Shown: piece by piece, positions 1 through 8,887 of the stretch
How the letters are laid out: each line of letters opens with the position of its first letter
How positions within the stretch are numbered: the stretch's first letter is position 1
Assembly: GCA_015523325.1 (NCBI GenBank)
Contig: WAKO01000009.1
Location: forward strand, 1-56,451
Reading direction: 5' to 3'
DNA from: Candidatus Micrarchaeota archaeon
GTDB lineage: Archaea; Micrarchaeota; Micrarchaeia; Anstonellales; J096
Length of the DNA stretch: 56,451 nt
The notes under the pieces: generated by a model
The model's database searches: none
Seen by the model: the letters and a program-made list of their open reading frames with translations, nothing else
Told to the model about the DNA's origin: nothing
Translations under genes and position numbers: made by a program

Positions 1-19
1 AGATGTGTATAAGAGACAG
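1..19 (+). other. Nextera/Tn5 mosaic-end adapter remnant (technical artefact)
   Basis: Bases 1-19 read AGATGTGTATAAGAGACAG, an exact Tn5 mosaic end; it supplies the spurious (M/V)YKRQ start of the first ORF. Confidence 0.98.
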
Positions 20-430
20 ATTCTATACTTAGCAGAAACAGAAGGCTCTATTATATTTTATGGTTCTCTTTTATATCTCCTTTATTACTTAATTAACTCA
101 ATCAAGGAGAAGCTAAAGAAGTGGGAAGAAGAAGATAAAAGAAAAAAAATAAAAATAAGCTTAGATACAGAAGAATTAAATAAAAGAAAAAAAGAGTTTT
201 ATAAGTTTAGCTTAGCGTCAGGTTCTATATTAGAAACGGGGGCTTTCTATGGAATAGGAATAAAAGACTATATAGTATTTTATAGTTTTACTCTATATCT
301 CCTCTACTACTATACAACATACTACCTAGAAAAAAGAGAAGATTTAGAGAATATAAAATATACCATAAGTGATTGGTTAACATCTCCACTAGATGAAGAC
401 AAAATAAGAAGAATCTCTAACATTTTATAA
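20..430 (+). CDS. 5'-truncated hypothetical membrane protein
   Basis: Open frame from the adapter junction to TAA at 430. Two Tyr/Leu-rich hydrophobic stretches (IIFYGSLLYLLYY; IVFYSFTLYLLYYY). No family recognised; the true start is missing. Confidence 0.55.
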   Translation: MLYLAETEGSIIFYGSLLYLLYYLINSIKEKLKKWEEEDKRKKIKISLDTEELNKRKKEFYKFSLASGSILETGAFYGIGIKDYIVFYSFTLYLLYYYTTYYLEKREDLENIKYTISDWLTSPLDEDKIRRISNIL

Positions 431-460
431 ACTTTACTTCTTTGAAAGACCTAGTGAGAA

Positions 461-1414
461 TTAATCCCTAACTCCTTCACCAGTTACTTTGAACACTACT
501 TCTTTTTCAGGAAGGTTTGGGGAATCCACAAGCCTTGCTATTCTCTTGCTATCTTTTCCTTTTCTTAAATAAACTCTGTAGGTTGCTGCATGTGCCAAAA
601 CATGCCCTCCAATTGGCGTTGTTGGGTCTCCAAAAAGAATAGCGGGATTATCCATTACTTGGTTTGTAAAATAAACAGCAATGTTGAATTTATTTGCAAG
701 CCTTTGTAAAGTGTGAACATGTCTGTTTAATTTTTGTTGTCTCTCTCCTAAAGCCCCTCTTCCAACATAATCCGCTCTAAAATGAGAAGTTAAGGAGTCA
801 ACAACAACTAGCTTTATGTTTTCTTTTGGAATTATGTTTTCCAATTTCTCTACAAGTAGGATTTGGTGATCACTGTTTTCTGCAGGCATAACAAATATGT
901 TTTCCAAAACAGATTTAGGCTCTAATCCAACAGCTTCTGCCATTTGCTTTATTCTATCTGGCCTAAAAGTGCTCTCAGTATCAATAAAAGCTACTTTTCC
1001 TTCCAACCCTCCTTTTTCTTTAGGTAATTGAACATTAACGCTTAATTGAAAACCAACTTGGCTTTTTCCAGAGCTAAACTTTCCAAAAAACTCTGTTAGG
1101 GATTGGGTTTCCACTCCCCCTCCCAAAAGCTCATTCAACCTTTTACTTCCAGTTGTTATTTTTTCAATTGTTAGCCTCTTCTCATAAAGCTCCCATCCTG
1201 TTGTGTATTCTACATTAACACTCTCTTTTGCTATTCCAATTATTTTTGTTGCTAAATCCACACTTATCTCTGCTGCTTCTGAGAGCTCATGAGGAGTGGA
1301 AGCGGCTATGGAGGAAATGTCAATATAACCAGCGCTCCTAAGCTTTTCTGCTGTTGCCTCTCCAACCCCTGGCAGATCCTCCAAATCCTTAATAACTTTG
1401 TAATCCTTTCCCAT
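461..1414 (-). CDS. radA: DNA repair and recombination protein RadA
   Basis: N-terminal HhH (LEDLPGVGEATAEKL), Walker A GKFSSGKS, IDTESTFRPDRI, Walker B LVVVDS, GGHVLAHAATYRVYLRK. Likely start is the ATG at 1414, behind a GGAGG SD (track starts at 1432). Confidence 0.97.
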   Translation of the reverse strand: MGKDYKVIKDLEDLPGVGEATAEKLRSAGYIDISSIAASTPHELSEAAEISVDLATKIIGIAKESVNVEYTTGWELYEKRLTIEKITTGSKRLNELLGGGVETQSLTEFFGKFSSGKSQVGFQLSVNVQLPKEKGGLEGKVAFIDTESTFRPDRIKQMAEAVGLEPKSVLENIFVMPAENSDHQILLVEKLENIIPKENIKLVVVDSLTSHFRADYVGRGALGERQQKLNRHVHTLQRLANKFNIAVYFTNQVMDNPAILFGDPTTPIGGHVLAHAATYRVYLRKGKDSKRIARLVDSPNLPEKEVVFKVTGEGVRD

Positions 1415-1428
1415 CCTACCCCTCCTAA

Positions 1429-1665
1429 TCATTCATTTGGAAAAACCAAAAGCCTTAGCTCTCCTATCTTTAAAACATAAAACTCATTACCATTCTTACT
1501 TACAGATTTCCACATTGCTCCAACATTCTTGTAAACAGTTTTACCATTCTCATAAACCGGTTGAACAACCCTAAAGTTTGGCCTGTTTCCTTTCTTTTTT
1601 TGGTCCTTTTCTTCCTCAACTTCCTTAAACTCCTTTATTTCTACTTCTTCAAAACCTTCCAACAT
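1429..1665 (-). CDS. Small DUF736-like protein
   Basis: Motif NRPNFRV...NVGAMWKSVSKNGNEFYVLKI resembles the DUF736 core (PDYRV...IGAAWKKTSKDGRDYLSLKL) as recalled. Likely start MLEGF at 1665 (track starts at 1728). Confidence 0.6.
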   Translation of the reverse strand: MLEGFEEVEIKEFKEVEEEKDQKKKGNRPNFRVVQPVYENGKTVYKNVGAMWKSVSKNGNEFYVLKIGELRLLVFPNE

Positions 1666-1759
1666 ATTTTCACGCTCATGGGAAATGAGAAGGCTTGTTT
1701 TAAAAATATTTTGCAAGTTCCTTTCCAAGAATTTAATGTAATGATGGATGAAAGCTTAA

Positions 1760-1777
1760 AAATGTTGGATAACATTT
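1760..1777. promoter_or_regulatory. 7-4-7 palindrome in the divergent DUF736-radA / beta-helix promoter
   Basis: AAATGTT-GGAT-AACATTT, flanked on both sides by TTAAAA TATA-like boxes. Confidence 0.3.
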
Positions 1778-1788
1778 AAAAGTCAGAG

Positions 1789-3318
1789 ATGAAAGGAAAT
1801 TTAGCTTTAATATTAGTAGTTTTAATACTATTTTTTTCTATTTCACCAGCCTTTATAATAGAAGGAAATAAATGCTATTGTGATTCCTGTATGGATTGCA
1901 CAGAGGCTTTAGCTAGCTTCGCTTGCCCACAAGTAAGCTTAACCCAAAATATAAGAGCCTTAAGAGAGAATTGTGTGTTTATAAGCTATGAAAAAGAGTT
2001 TTCATGTGAAGGAAACACAATAGCCTCTCCAAATGGAAATCCATTCTTTATTAACTCTCCTAATATGAAGGTTAGGGATTGTGGAGTGGAAGGGCCTTTT
2101 TTAGGAATTAAAATAAATAAAGAGGATGTAACCTTTGAAAACCTAAAAGTAATAAACTCAGATAAGGTCTTTTTAGTTGAAAATACAAAGGGGTGTTTTT
2201 TTCAAAATATTAGCTTCTTTAATGTGCTCTCTCCAATAATAATAAACAACAGCAAGGATTGTTATTTAAACAACTTAGCTATTTTTTCTACAGAAAAAGG
2301 AATAATTATAGAGAACTCTTCAAATATAAGCATAGGAAACCTAACTGTTGGGGAAGGAATTGGAATTGTTGTGCAAAACTCAAGAGAAATAAGAATAGCC
2401 TACTCAGAGTTCACTTCATCTGGTGTTATTTTAAATGGAGAAAACCTAACCATTAGCTTCTCTAAATTTAAAGAAAACGAAGTTGCTATTAAAGGAAAAG
2501 TTGAAGGGCTAAAAATTGAGAACTCAAGCTTTAACAACAACACTGTTGGAATTGAATTAATATTATCAAAGCAAATAGAGGTTAGTAACAATTATTTTGG
2601 GGAAGGAATAGCTCTAAAGCTTGAAAAAAGCTATGTTGGAGAGGTTTACAACAACATCTTTAATACAACCTACCCTATCTTCATAACAGATAATTCAAGG
2701 CTCTATTGGAACACAACTAAAAGAAAAGGAGAAAACATAGTAAAACTTCCCGTTATTGGAGGAAACGTGTGGTTAACAAATAATTTTAGTAATTCCTGTA
2801 TTGATGAAAACCAAGATTTTATTTGTGACAGAGCCTTTATTATAAATGAAAAGAATGCTGATTACTTGCCTTTGATAACAAAAAAAGATGGCTCTCCTCC
2901 AAACATATCTTTTGTTCTTCCTACTCCAGAAAATAACTCAAAAATATTGGGAATGGGTTTTGAGATAAGTGTTAAGGCTGAGGATGAGAGTGGCGTGGAT
3001 AGAATAATATTAGAAATATTCTCAAACAACACGGCATTGCAAATAGTTTGTGAAGGAAATGAATGTAATAGAACCTTCATAGCTCCTGAAAAAGGAAATT
3101 ATTTTATAAGAGCTACTGCCTTTGATAAATATGAAAATGCTAGGAGCACAGAAACAAGGGTTGTTTATGTAGAGGAAGAACAAGAGGTTATAGCTTATTC
3201 TAGTTTTTATGAGTTAATAATATACATAGTAATATTGATATTAATAGCCCTAATAGGAAAGCTCCTTTACTCAATTAGCAAGCCTTTCCTTAAGGAGGAA
3301 ATAGAAGAGGAAAGCTAA
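1789..3318 (+). CDS. Secreted parallel beta-helix (NosD/PbH1-like) surface protein with Ig-like domain and C-terminal TM anchor
   Basis: Signal peptide; Cys-rich cap (CYCDSCMDC); repeated GIIIENSSNISI-type beta-helix turns; NxWNTT...GGNVW...D..PL motif; Ig-like segment (PPNISFVLPTP...ATAFDKYEN); C-terminal TM helix. Confidence 0.75.
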   Translation: MKGNLALILVVLILFFSISPAFIIEGNKCYCDSCMDCTEALASFACPQVSLTQNIRALRENCVFISYEKEFSCEGNTIASPNGNPFFINSPNMKVRDCGVEGPFLGIKINKEDVTFENLKVINSDKVFLVENTKGCFFQNISFFNVLSPIIINNSKDCYLNNLAIFSTEKGIIIENSSNISIGNLTVGEGIGIVVQNSREIRIAYSEFTSSGVILNGENLTISFSKFKENEVAIKGKVEGLKIENSSFNNNTVGIELILSKQIEVSNNYFGEGIALKLEKSYVGEVYNNIFNTTYPIFITDNSRLYWNTTKRKGENIVKLPVIGGNVWLTNNFSNSCIDENQDFICDRAFIINEKNADYLPLITKKDGSPPNISFVLPTPENNSKILGMGFEISVKAEDESGVDRIILEIFSNNTALQIVCEGNECNRTFIAPEKGNYFIRATAFDKYENARSTETRVVYVEEEQEVIAYSSFYELIIYIVILILIALIGKLLYSISKPFLKEEIEEES

Positions 3319-3388
3319 ACTAGAAAACTAGAAAAACAACGAAAAAAGCTCCTATTGCTTTAAAAATCTTTAAGAGAGAAATGGGCTT

Positions 3389-5194
3389 ATGGAGCTGGCT
3401 TTTAAGATTGGTGCTTTAGCAGGAGAAGGAGCATTTGTAGCTGGAAGAACGCTTGGAAGGATATTTGCAAGAGTAGGGTATAATGTTGTGGGTTATCCTG
3501 AGTATCCTTCCTTAATAAGAGGGGGACACAACGCTTATCAGGTTTTAATCTCAGACAAAAAGATTAATTCTCCAAGGGAAATGGTGGATGTGGTTATAGC
3601 TGTAAATAAAGAAGCAGTATTATTTCATAAAGATAGTTTAAACAAGGGTGGAATTTTAATTTATGATGCTACAATAAATGATGAGAAATTCAACATAAGA
3701 GAAGATATAAAGAAGGTTAAGATTCCTGCGATGAGGATAATAAATGAGCTAAAAGCTTCTCCAAAAATGAAGAATACTGTTTTTGTTGCTAGCGCTTTAG
3801 CTGTTGTGGATTTTGACTTAAATGTGTTCTTGGAAATGCTAAAGGAAGAGTTCTCAAGAAAAGGAGAAGAAGTAGTTAGGTTAAATCAAGAGGTTGCAAA
3901 AAAGGCTTATGAATTCACAAAACAAAGCATAGGAAAGCCTTTATTAGAGCTTCCAAAGATTGGGGAGGCTTCCCCATATTTATCAGGAAATGAGGCTGTT
4001 GGATTAGGAGCAATAAAAGCTGGGTTAAAGGTTTATGCAGCCTATCCTATGACTCCCGCTAGCTCTCTCTTACATTTTATGGTTCAAAAAGCAAAAAAGC
4101 ATAACCTAACAGTAGTTCAAACAGAGGATGAAATAGCAGCAGCAAACCTAGCTGTTGGAGCCAATTTTGCAGGAAAAAGGGCTATGGCTGGAACAAGTGG
4201 AGGAGGATTTGCTTTAATGACTGAAACAGTAGGTATGGCTGCTCTGGCAGAAACTCCTGTGGTGTTCTTTTTAGCTCAAAGAACAGGGCCTAGCACAGGA
4301 ATGCCAACTTGGACAGAGCAAGCTGATTTGTTTCAAGCTTTAGGAGCCTCCCAAGGAGATTTCTTAAGAATTATCCTAGCCCCTGGAAATGTTGAGGAAG
4401 CATTTTATCTTGCAGGAGAAGCTCTAAACCTTGCAGAAATTTATCAACTCCCTGTAATTTTAATGTCTGATAAGTTTTTGGCAGAGAGTCATTTTACAGC
4501 AAAGCTGGATCCTAACAAAATAAAAATAAAGAGAGGAAAACTAGTTTTAGAAGGCCTTCCTCCTCTTAAGCCCGGAGAGAAATTTAAAAGATATGAGTTG
4601 ACAGAGGATGGCATTAGCCCAAGAACAATTCCAGGAGTTCCAAATGGAGAGCATGTTGCCACAAGTTATGAGCATGAAGAGGATTCTTCAACCACAGAGC
4701 ATTTTGAGGAGAGAGCAAAACAAGTTGAGAAAAGATGGGAGAAGAAAATTGTTCACATCAAAAAAGAAGAGCTAACAAAACCAAAGGTTTATGGAAACTC
4801 AAAAATAGCTATAGCTGTTTGGGGATCACAACTACTTCCAGCTTTGGATGCTCAACAAATGTTGAAGGAGGAAGGAATTGAAGTATCAATCCTACATTTT
4901 CATTGGCTTTTCCCATTATTTAAAGAGAACATAGAGCCAATTTGGAGAGGTTTTGAAAAAATAGTTATGTTTGAGAACAACAGCTCCTCCCAATTCAGTA
5001 GGCTTTTAAGAGCTGAAACCTCCCTTTTCCCAGATGTTTTGGTTAATAAATATAATGGAAGACCTTTCTTCCCTGAACAAATGAAGGAGGTTATGAAAGA
5101 TCTAATAAATTCAAACTTCTCTAAAAAACATGTTAAAGTAACTCAAGAAAAGGAGAATTACGAATATTATAAACCTTGGAGGTATAAAATTTAA
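3389..5194 (+). CDS. korA: 2-oxoacid:ferredoxin oxidoreductase alpha (gamma-alpha fusion)
   Basis: GEG...EYPSLIRGGHN, GNEAVGLGAI, YPMTPASS, QTEDEIAA, TSGGGFALM, QRTGPSTGMPT. Confidence 0.95.
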   Translation: MELAFKIGALAGEGAFVAGRTLGRIFARVGYNVVGYPEYPSLIRGGHNAYQVLISDKKINSPREMVDVVIAVNKEAVLFHKDSLNKGGILIYDATINDEKFNIREDIKKVKIPAMRIINELKASPKMKNTVFVASALAVVDFDLNVFLEMLKEEFSRKGEEVVRLNQEVAKKAYEFTKQSIGKPLLELPKIGEASPYLSGNEAVGLGAIKAGLKVYAAYPMTPASSLLHFMVQKAKKHNLTVVQTEDEIAAANLAVGANFAGKRAMAGTSGGGFALMTETVGMAALAETPVVFFLAQRTGPSTGMPTWTEQADLFQALGASQGDFLRIILAPGNVEEAFYLAGEALNLAEIYQLPVILMSDKFLAESHFTAKLDPNKIKIKRGKLVLEGLPPLKPGEKFKRYELTEDGISPRTIPGVPNGEHVATSYEHEEDSSTTEHFEERAKQVEKRWEKKIVHIKKEELTKPKVYGNSKIAIAVWGSQLLPALDAQQMLKEEGIEVSILHFHWLFPLFKENIEPIWRGFEKIVMFENNSSSQFSRLLRAETSLFPDVLVNKYNGRPFFPEQMKEVMKDLINSNFSKKHVKVTQEKENYEYYKPWRYKI

Positions 5195-5205
5195 GGAGGG
5201 AAAAA

Positions 5206-6045
5206 ATGGCTGGAATATTAGATTTCAATGTTCCTGAAAAACCTCAATGGTGCCCTGGGTGTGGAGACTTTGGAATTTTGGCTGGAGTTAAAAAGGCATT
5301 TGCTGAATTGGGTTTAGAAACCCACAATACAGTAGTTGTTTCAGGAATTGGGTGTGGAGGAAAAATTCCCCACTACATAAGAACTTATGGGTATGAAGGC
5401 TTGCATGGAAGGTTGCTTCCATTAGCAATAGGAATTAAGCTAGCTAACCCTGATTTAACAGTTGTTGGAATTGGAGGGGATGGGGATGGAATTGCTGAAG
5501 GAGGAAACCATTTCCATCACACTTTTAGATATAATCCAGATATAGCTTATTTCCTTCAAGATAATCAAGTTTATGGCCTAACTACTGGACAAACTTCTCC
5601 AACCTCTCATAAAGGAATGAGAACAAAAACAAATCCTGATGGAGTTAAAATACCAGAAGCAAAACCAGTTCCTTTGGCTTTAGCAAGTGGAGCAACCTTT
5701 GTAGCAACAACATTTTCAGGAAACCTAAAACATATGGTTGAGATGTTTAGGCTAGCAATTCAACACAAAGGATTTGCATTTGTTGATGTTTACCAACCTT
5801 GTGTGACTTGGAATAACATAAATACCTATGAGTATTGGAGTAAACATGGATACATAACAGATCACGATCCCACAGATTTTAAGAAGGCGTTGGAAAAGGC
5901 TTATGAACCTTATTTCACCAATTGGGAAAAAGTTCCTTTAGGAGTTATTTACAAATATGAGAGAAATACTATGGAAGAAGAGATAGGAGCAAATAAAGAA
6001 GAAACAATAAGGGATATTGAGGAGGATTTAAAAGAGCTAATGTAA
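5206..6045 (+). CDS. korB: 2-oxoacid:ferredoxin oxidoreductase beta
   Basis: WCPGCGDFGIL, SGIGC, TPP-binding GGDGDG, DNQVYGLTTGQTSPT, QPCVTWN; GGAGG SD; follows korA. Confidence 0.95.
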   Translation: MAGILDFNVPEKPQWCPGCGDFGILAGVKKAFAELGLETHNTVVVSGIGCGGKIPHYIRTYGYEGLHGRLLPLAIGIKLANPDLTVVGIGGDGDGIAEGGNHFHHTFRYNPDIAYFLQDNQVYGLTTGQTSPTSHKGMRTKTNPDGVKIPEAKPVPLALASGATFVATTFSGNLKHMVEMFRLAIQHKGFAFVDVYQPCVTWNNINTYEYWSKHGYITDHDPTDFKKALEKAYEPYFTNWEKVPLGVIYKYERNTMEEEIGANKEETIRDIEEDLKELM

Positions 6046-6060
6046 AGGGCAAGGGAAAAT

Positions 6061-6567
6061 GTGAGAGCTTTTTTAGCTATTCCTATCCCAACTGAGCTTG
6101 CAAAAAAAATTCATTCTGATTTTTTATTTCTCTCTGATGTTGGAAAGGTTATTCCTCCTAAAAATATGCATATAACCCTAAACTTCTTAGGAGAAGTTGG
6201 AGAGATAAAAATTAATGAGATAATGGAGAGGATGAAAAGATTATTTTTAGCTAGGTTTGAAATTGAGTTGGGGGGAGTTGGGTTTTTTCCTTCTCCTTCT
6301 TTTATAAGAATAGTTTATCTAGGGGTTAAAATTCCTAAAAAGGAGGAAAAGATATTAAAGGAGTTTAGCAACTCCTTGGGAGGAGCTCCCTTTACAACAT
6401 TACATTTAACTGTAGCAAGGATAAAAAAGAGACCAAACCTAGAGCTCTTTTCTAAAAAAAGTTTTGATTATGGAGGGTTTGTAGTAGAGAGATTGGTGTT
6501 GTATGAGAGCATACTAAAAAAACCAAACCCAAACTACAGAGAAATATTTGTAAAGAGGCTAGTTTAG
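6061..6567 (+). CDS. thpR: RNA 2',3'-cyclic phosphodiesterase (2H phosphoesterase)
   Basis: MRAFLAI start, two HxT motifs (HITL, HLTV), LYESIL...PNY ending. Confidence 0.88.
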   Translation: MRAFLAIPIPTELAKKIHSDFLFLSDVGKVIPPKNMHITLNFLGEVGEIKINEIMERMKRLFLARFEIELGGVGFFPSPSFIRIVYLGVKIPKKEEKILKEFSNSLGGAPFTTLHLTVARIKKRPNLELFSKKSFDYGGFVVERLVLYESILKKPNPNYREIFVKRLV

Positions 6568-6584
6568 TATTTTAGCATTCTCAA

Positions 6585-6896
6585 CTAATTGCGCATGTTG
6601 AATTCTTTCTCCACCTTAATCAAAAGCCTTTGAATTTGCTCTTTGTTTAAAAACTCTAGTTGCTCCCTTATTTCTTTTAATCTCTCTTCTCCTAAAGAAT
6701 AAGCCCTTCTCTCAATTATACTAAAATAAATAGAAGGAACTCCTTTTTCCTCTAAAATTTCCTTTATTCTTAAATAATCTCTATTACTTTTTATTTTAAT
6801 TATTTCTTCCTCTAAGGGTAAAAGCTCAATTGTGTTTCCAACTAAAGGATAATTTGAAAGGCCTTTAACCCTCAAAACTTTCCCCATCTTCATCAT
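6585..6896 (-). CDS. Hypothetical protein
   Basis: 103-aa ORF filling the gap between two genes, with normal composition. No motif recognised. Confidence 0.55.
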   Translation of the reverse strand: MMKMGKVLRVKGLSNYPLVGNTIELLPLEEEIIKIKSNRDYLRIKEILEEKGVPSIYFSIIERRAYSLGEERLKEIREQLEFLNKEQIQRLLIKVEKEFNMRN

Positions 6897-6960
6897 CTTT
6901 TCCCCAACATTTCCTTCAATGAAAGTAAAAGTTTTAAACCTAAAAAAGAATAACTATTTT

Positions 6961-8649
6961 ATGAAAATCAAAGCTTTTTTATTTTTTATCTTAATTTTAG
7001 CTGTATTTTCTGAGTTGTCATTAAGTGCTTGGTTTAATGATTCCTATCCTTATAGAAGAGAGATAAATCTCTCTTATCCAAGCACTATAAATGATGTTCA
7101 AGTGCTTATCCAAATAAATTACTCCTCAAACATGTCTCCTGATTTTAGTGGGATAATGTTCACTTATTTAAATGGCTCTAATGAAATTGAGGTTCCATTT
7201 TGGATAGAGGAAGCCGTTAGTAGTTCCTATGCTTTAATTTGGGTTAGAGTTCCTCGCTTAAGCACAACTGAAAGGCTTTATATGTATTATGGAAATTCCT
7301 CTCTCCCTAATAAGAGCAATGGGTTTGATACTTTTTTTATGTTTGATGATTTTGATTTAAACAGCTTAAACCTAAGTATTTGGACAGCAGACCCTGGTTT
7401 AATTATTCAATTTAGCTCTGGAAACTTTGTGTCAAACCAAGGGCTAGGAATGGCGGCGTTGGCTAATGTTAATGTGCTAAATGGTTATGTTTCAGAAACA
7501 AGAGCAAAGCTAAACGCTTTTGGATCTTATTACTCAGGGGTTTTTGCAACACCAATGAGTTCTCTTTACACAGCTCCAAATAATGCTAATGCAGATAGTA
7601 CAATGCTTTATATGACTGCTTCAGGAGGTTCTGGAACACTTTCCCATTGGGTTGGAAATGGATGTGCTGCTAGCTATAATGTGCATACAGGAATCCTTCC
7701 TTACACCTTAACACTTGGGCAATATTATGTGTTTTCAACAGAAGTAACTCCTTCGGGAGGGGCAACTGCAATAAGATTCCTAATAAACAGACAAAACTTA
7801 CTAGAAACAGATACTTCTTCTTTTTGTAAGCCTCTCTCTTATATAAGAGTGGGTTTTTTCCATCAATTCACTCCTGGGGCAAACACAGAAGTTTATTATG
7901 ATTGGGTTTTAGTAAGGAAATACTATAATTTGAGCTTGCTAAATTATGTTGTTGGAGAAGAAGAGAGTATAAAGCCTCTCTCAATTGCAATTATAAGCCC
8001 TCCTTCAGGAAGCTTTGTAGGAGCTCCATTTAATGTTGTATTAAACCTAACCTCTTATAGTTTTGCTGATGTAGAGCTTTATTTAGATGGAGTATTAACA
8101 ACTACTTGGTTTAACGTGGCAAACACAACCCTAAGCACTTCTCTAAGCCCTTCTATAGGAAACCACACAATTACTGCTATTGCGAGAATAGGAAATGATA
8201 GTGCTAGTGATTCTATTAGCGTTATTGTGCTTCAAAACCTCCCTCCTCAAGGAAACGGGGATGATATAACTATAATTTATAATAACACTATTTACAACAA
8301 CGCAACTAACATAACTTATGTGAGCATAATTAATGGAAACAACATGAGTGGTGATGTTTTTCCTCCTTTTCCTCAAAACCTTTCCCCAAGCAACACCACT
8401 TTTATCCTAAACTATTACAGACAACCAAATGAGGTTGATTATGGAAAGTTAGAGGATTTATTGAATGCAATAATTATATTATTAAGCTTGTTAGTAGCCC
8501 TTTTGCTTTTTGCAATTGCATTGTTAGTTATTTTGGTATTGAGAAGAGAAGCTAAAAATGCAAGAGAAGCTCAAAGGAGAGGAAAAGAACAAAAAAAGAA
8601 ACCAAGTGAAACTAGAAGGAACAAAAGAAATAAAAGAAGAAAAAAGTAA
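6961..8649 (+). CDS. DUF2341-domain surface protein with Ig-like domain, TM anchor and basic tail
   Basis: Signal peptide from MKIKAFL (6961; track starts at 6919). WFNDSYPYRREI...FWIE...IWVRVP...LYMYYGN...FFMFDDF is typical DUF2341. Ig-like segment, Asn-sequon-rich linker, TM helix, K/R tail. Confidence 0.8.
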   Translation: MKIKAFLFFILILAVFSELSLSAWFNDSYPYRREINLSYPSTINDVQVLIQINYSSNMSPDFSGIMFTYLNGSNEIEVPFWIEEAVSSSYALIWVRVPRLSTTERLYMYYGNSSLPNKSNGFDTFFMFDDFDLNSLNLSIWTADPGLIIQFSSGNFVSNQGLGMAALANVNVLNGYVSETRAKLNAFGSYYSGVFATPMSSLYTAPNNANADSTMLYMTASGGSGTLSHWVGNGCAASYNVHTGILPYTLTLGQYYVFSTEVTPSGGATAIRFLINRQNLLETDTSSFCKPLSYIRVGFFHQFTPGANTEVYYDWVLVRKYYNLSLLNYVVGEEESIKPLSIAIISPPSGSFVGAPFNVVLNLTSYSFADVELYLDGVLTTTWFNVANTTLSTSLSPSIGNHTITAIARIGNDSASDSISVIVLQNLPPQGNGDDITIIYNNTIYNNATNITYVSIINGNNMSGDVFPPFPQNLSPSNTTFILNYYRQPNEVDYGKLEDLLNAIIILLSLLVALLLFAIALLVILVLRREAKNAREAQRRGKEQKKKPSETRRNKRNKRRKK

Positions 8650-8658
8650 ATAATAAGT

Positions 8659-8853
8659 ATGGTAAGAATTGTGATTAAGGATGCAAAAGGCCCAATGCAA
8701 GTAAAAGAGGCTTGGGTTTGTATGTGTGGGCTTTCAAAAAACCAACCATATTGTGATGGATCACATAAAAAAATAAAGGAGGAAGAAGAAGGAAAGCTTT
8801 ATATGTATGAAGATGGAAAGGCTGTTGAGGTTAAAGTAATAAAGAAAGAGTGA
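8659..8853 (+). CDS. CDGSH iron-sulfur domain protein
   Basis: CMCGLSKNQPYCDGSH. Confidence 0.93.
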   Translation: MVRIVIKDAKGPMQVKEAWVCMCGLSKNQPYCDGSHKKIKEEEEGKLYMYEDGKAVEVKVIKKE

Positions 8854-8887
8854 AGAGCTAAGCAAGGATTCTTTTTTAAACCTAAAC

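Noticed and set aside
5-19. ATG/GTG start MYKRQ of the first ORF
   Set aside because: It is the translation of the Nextera adapter, not genomic sequence.
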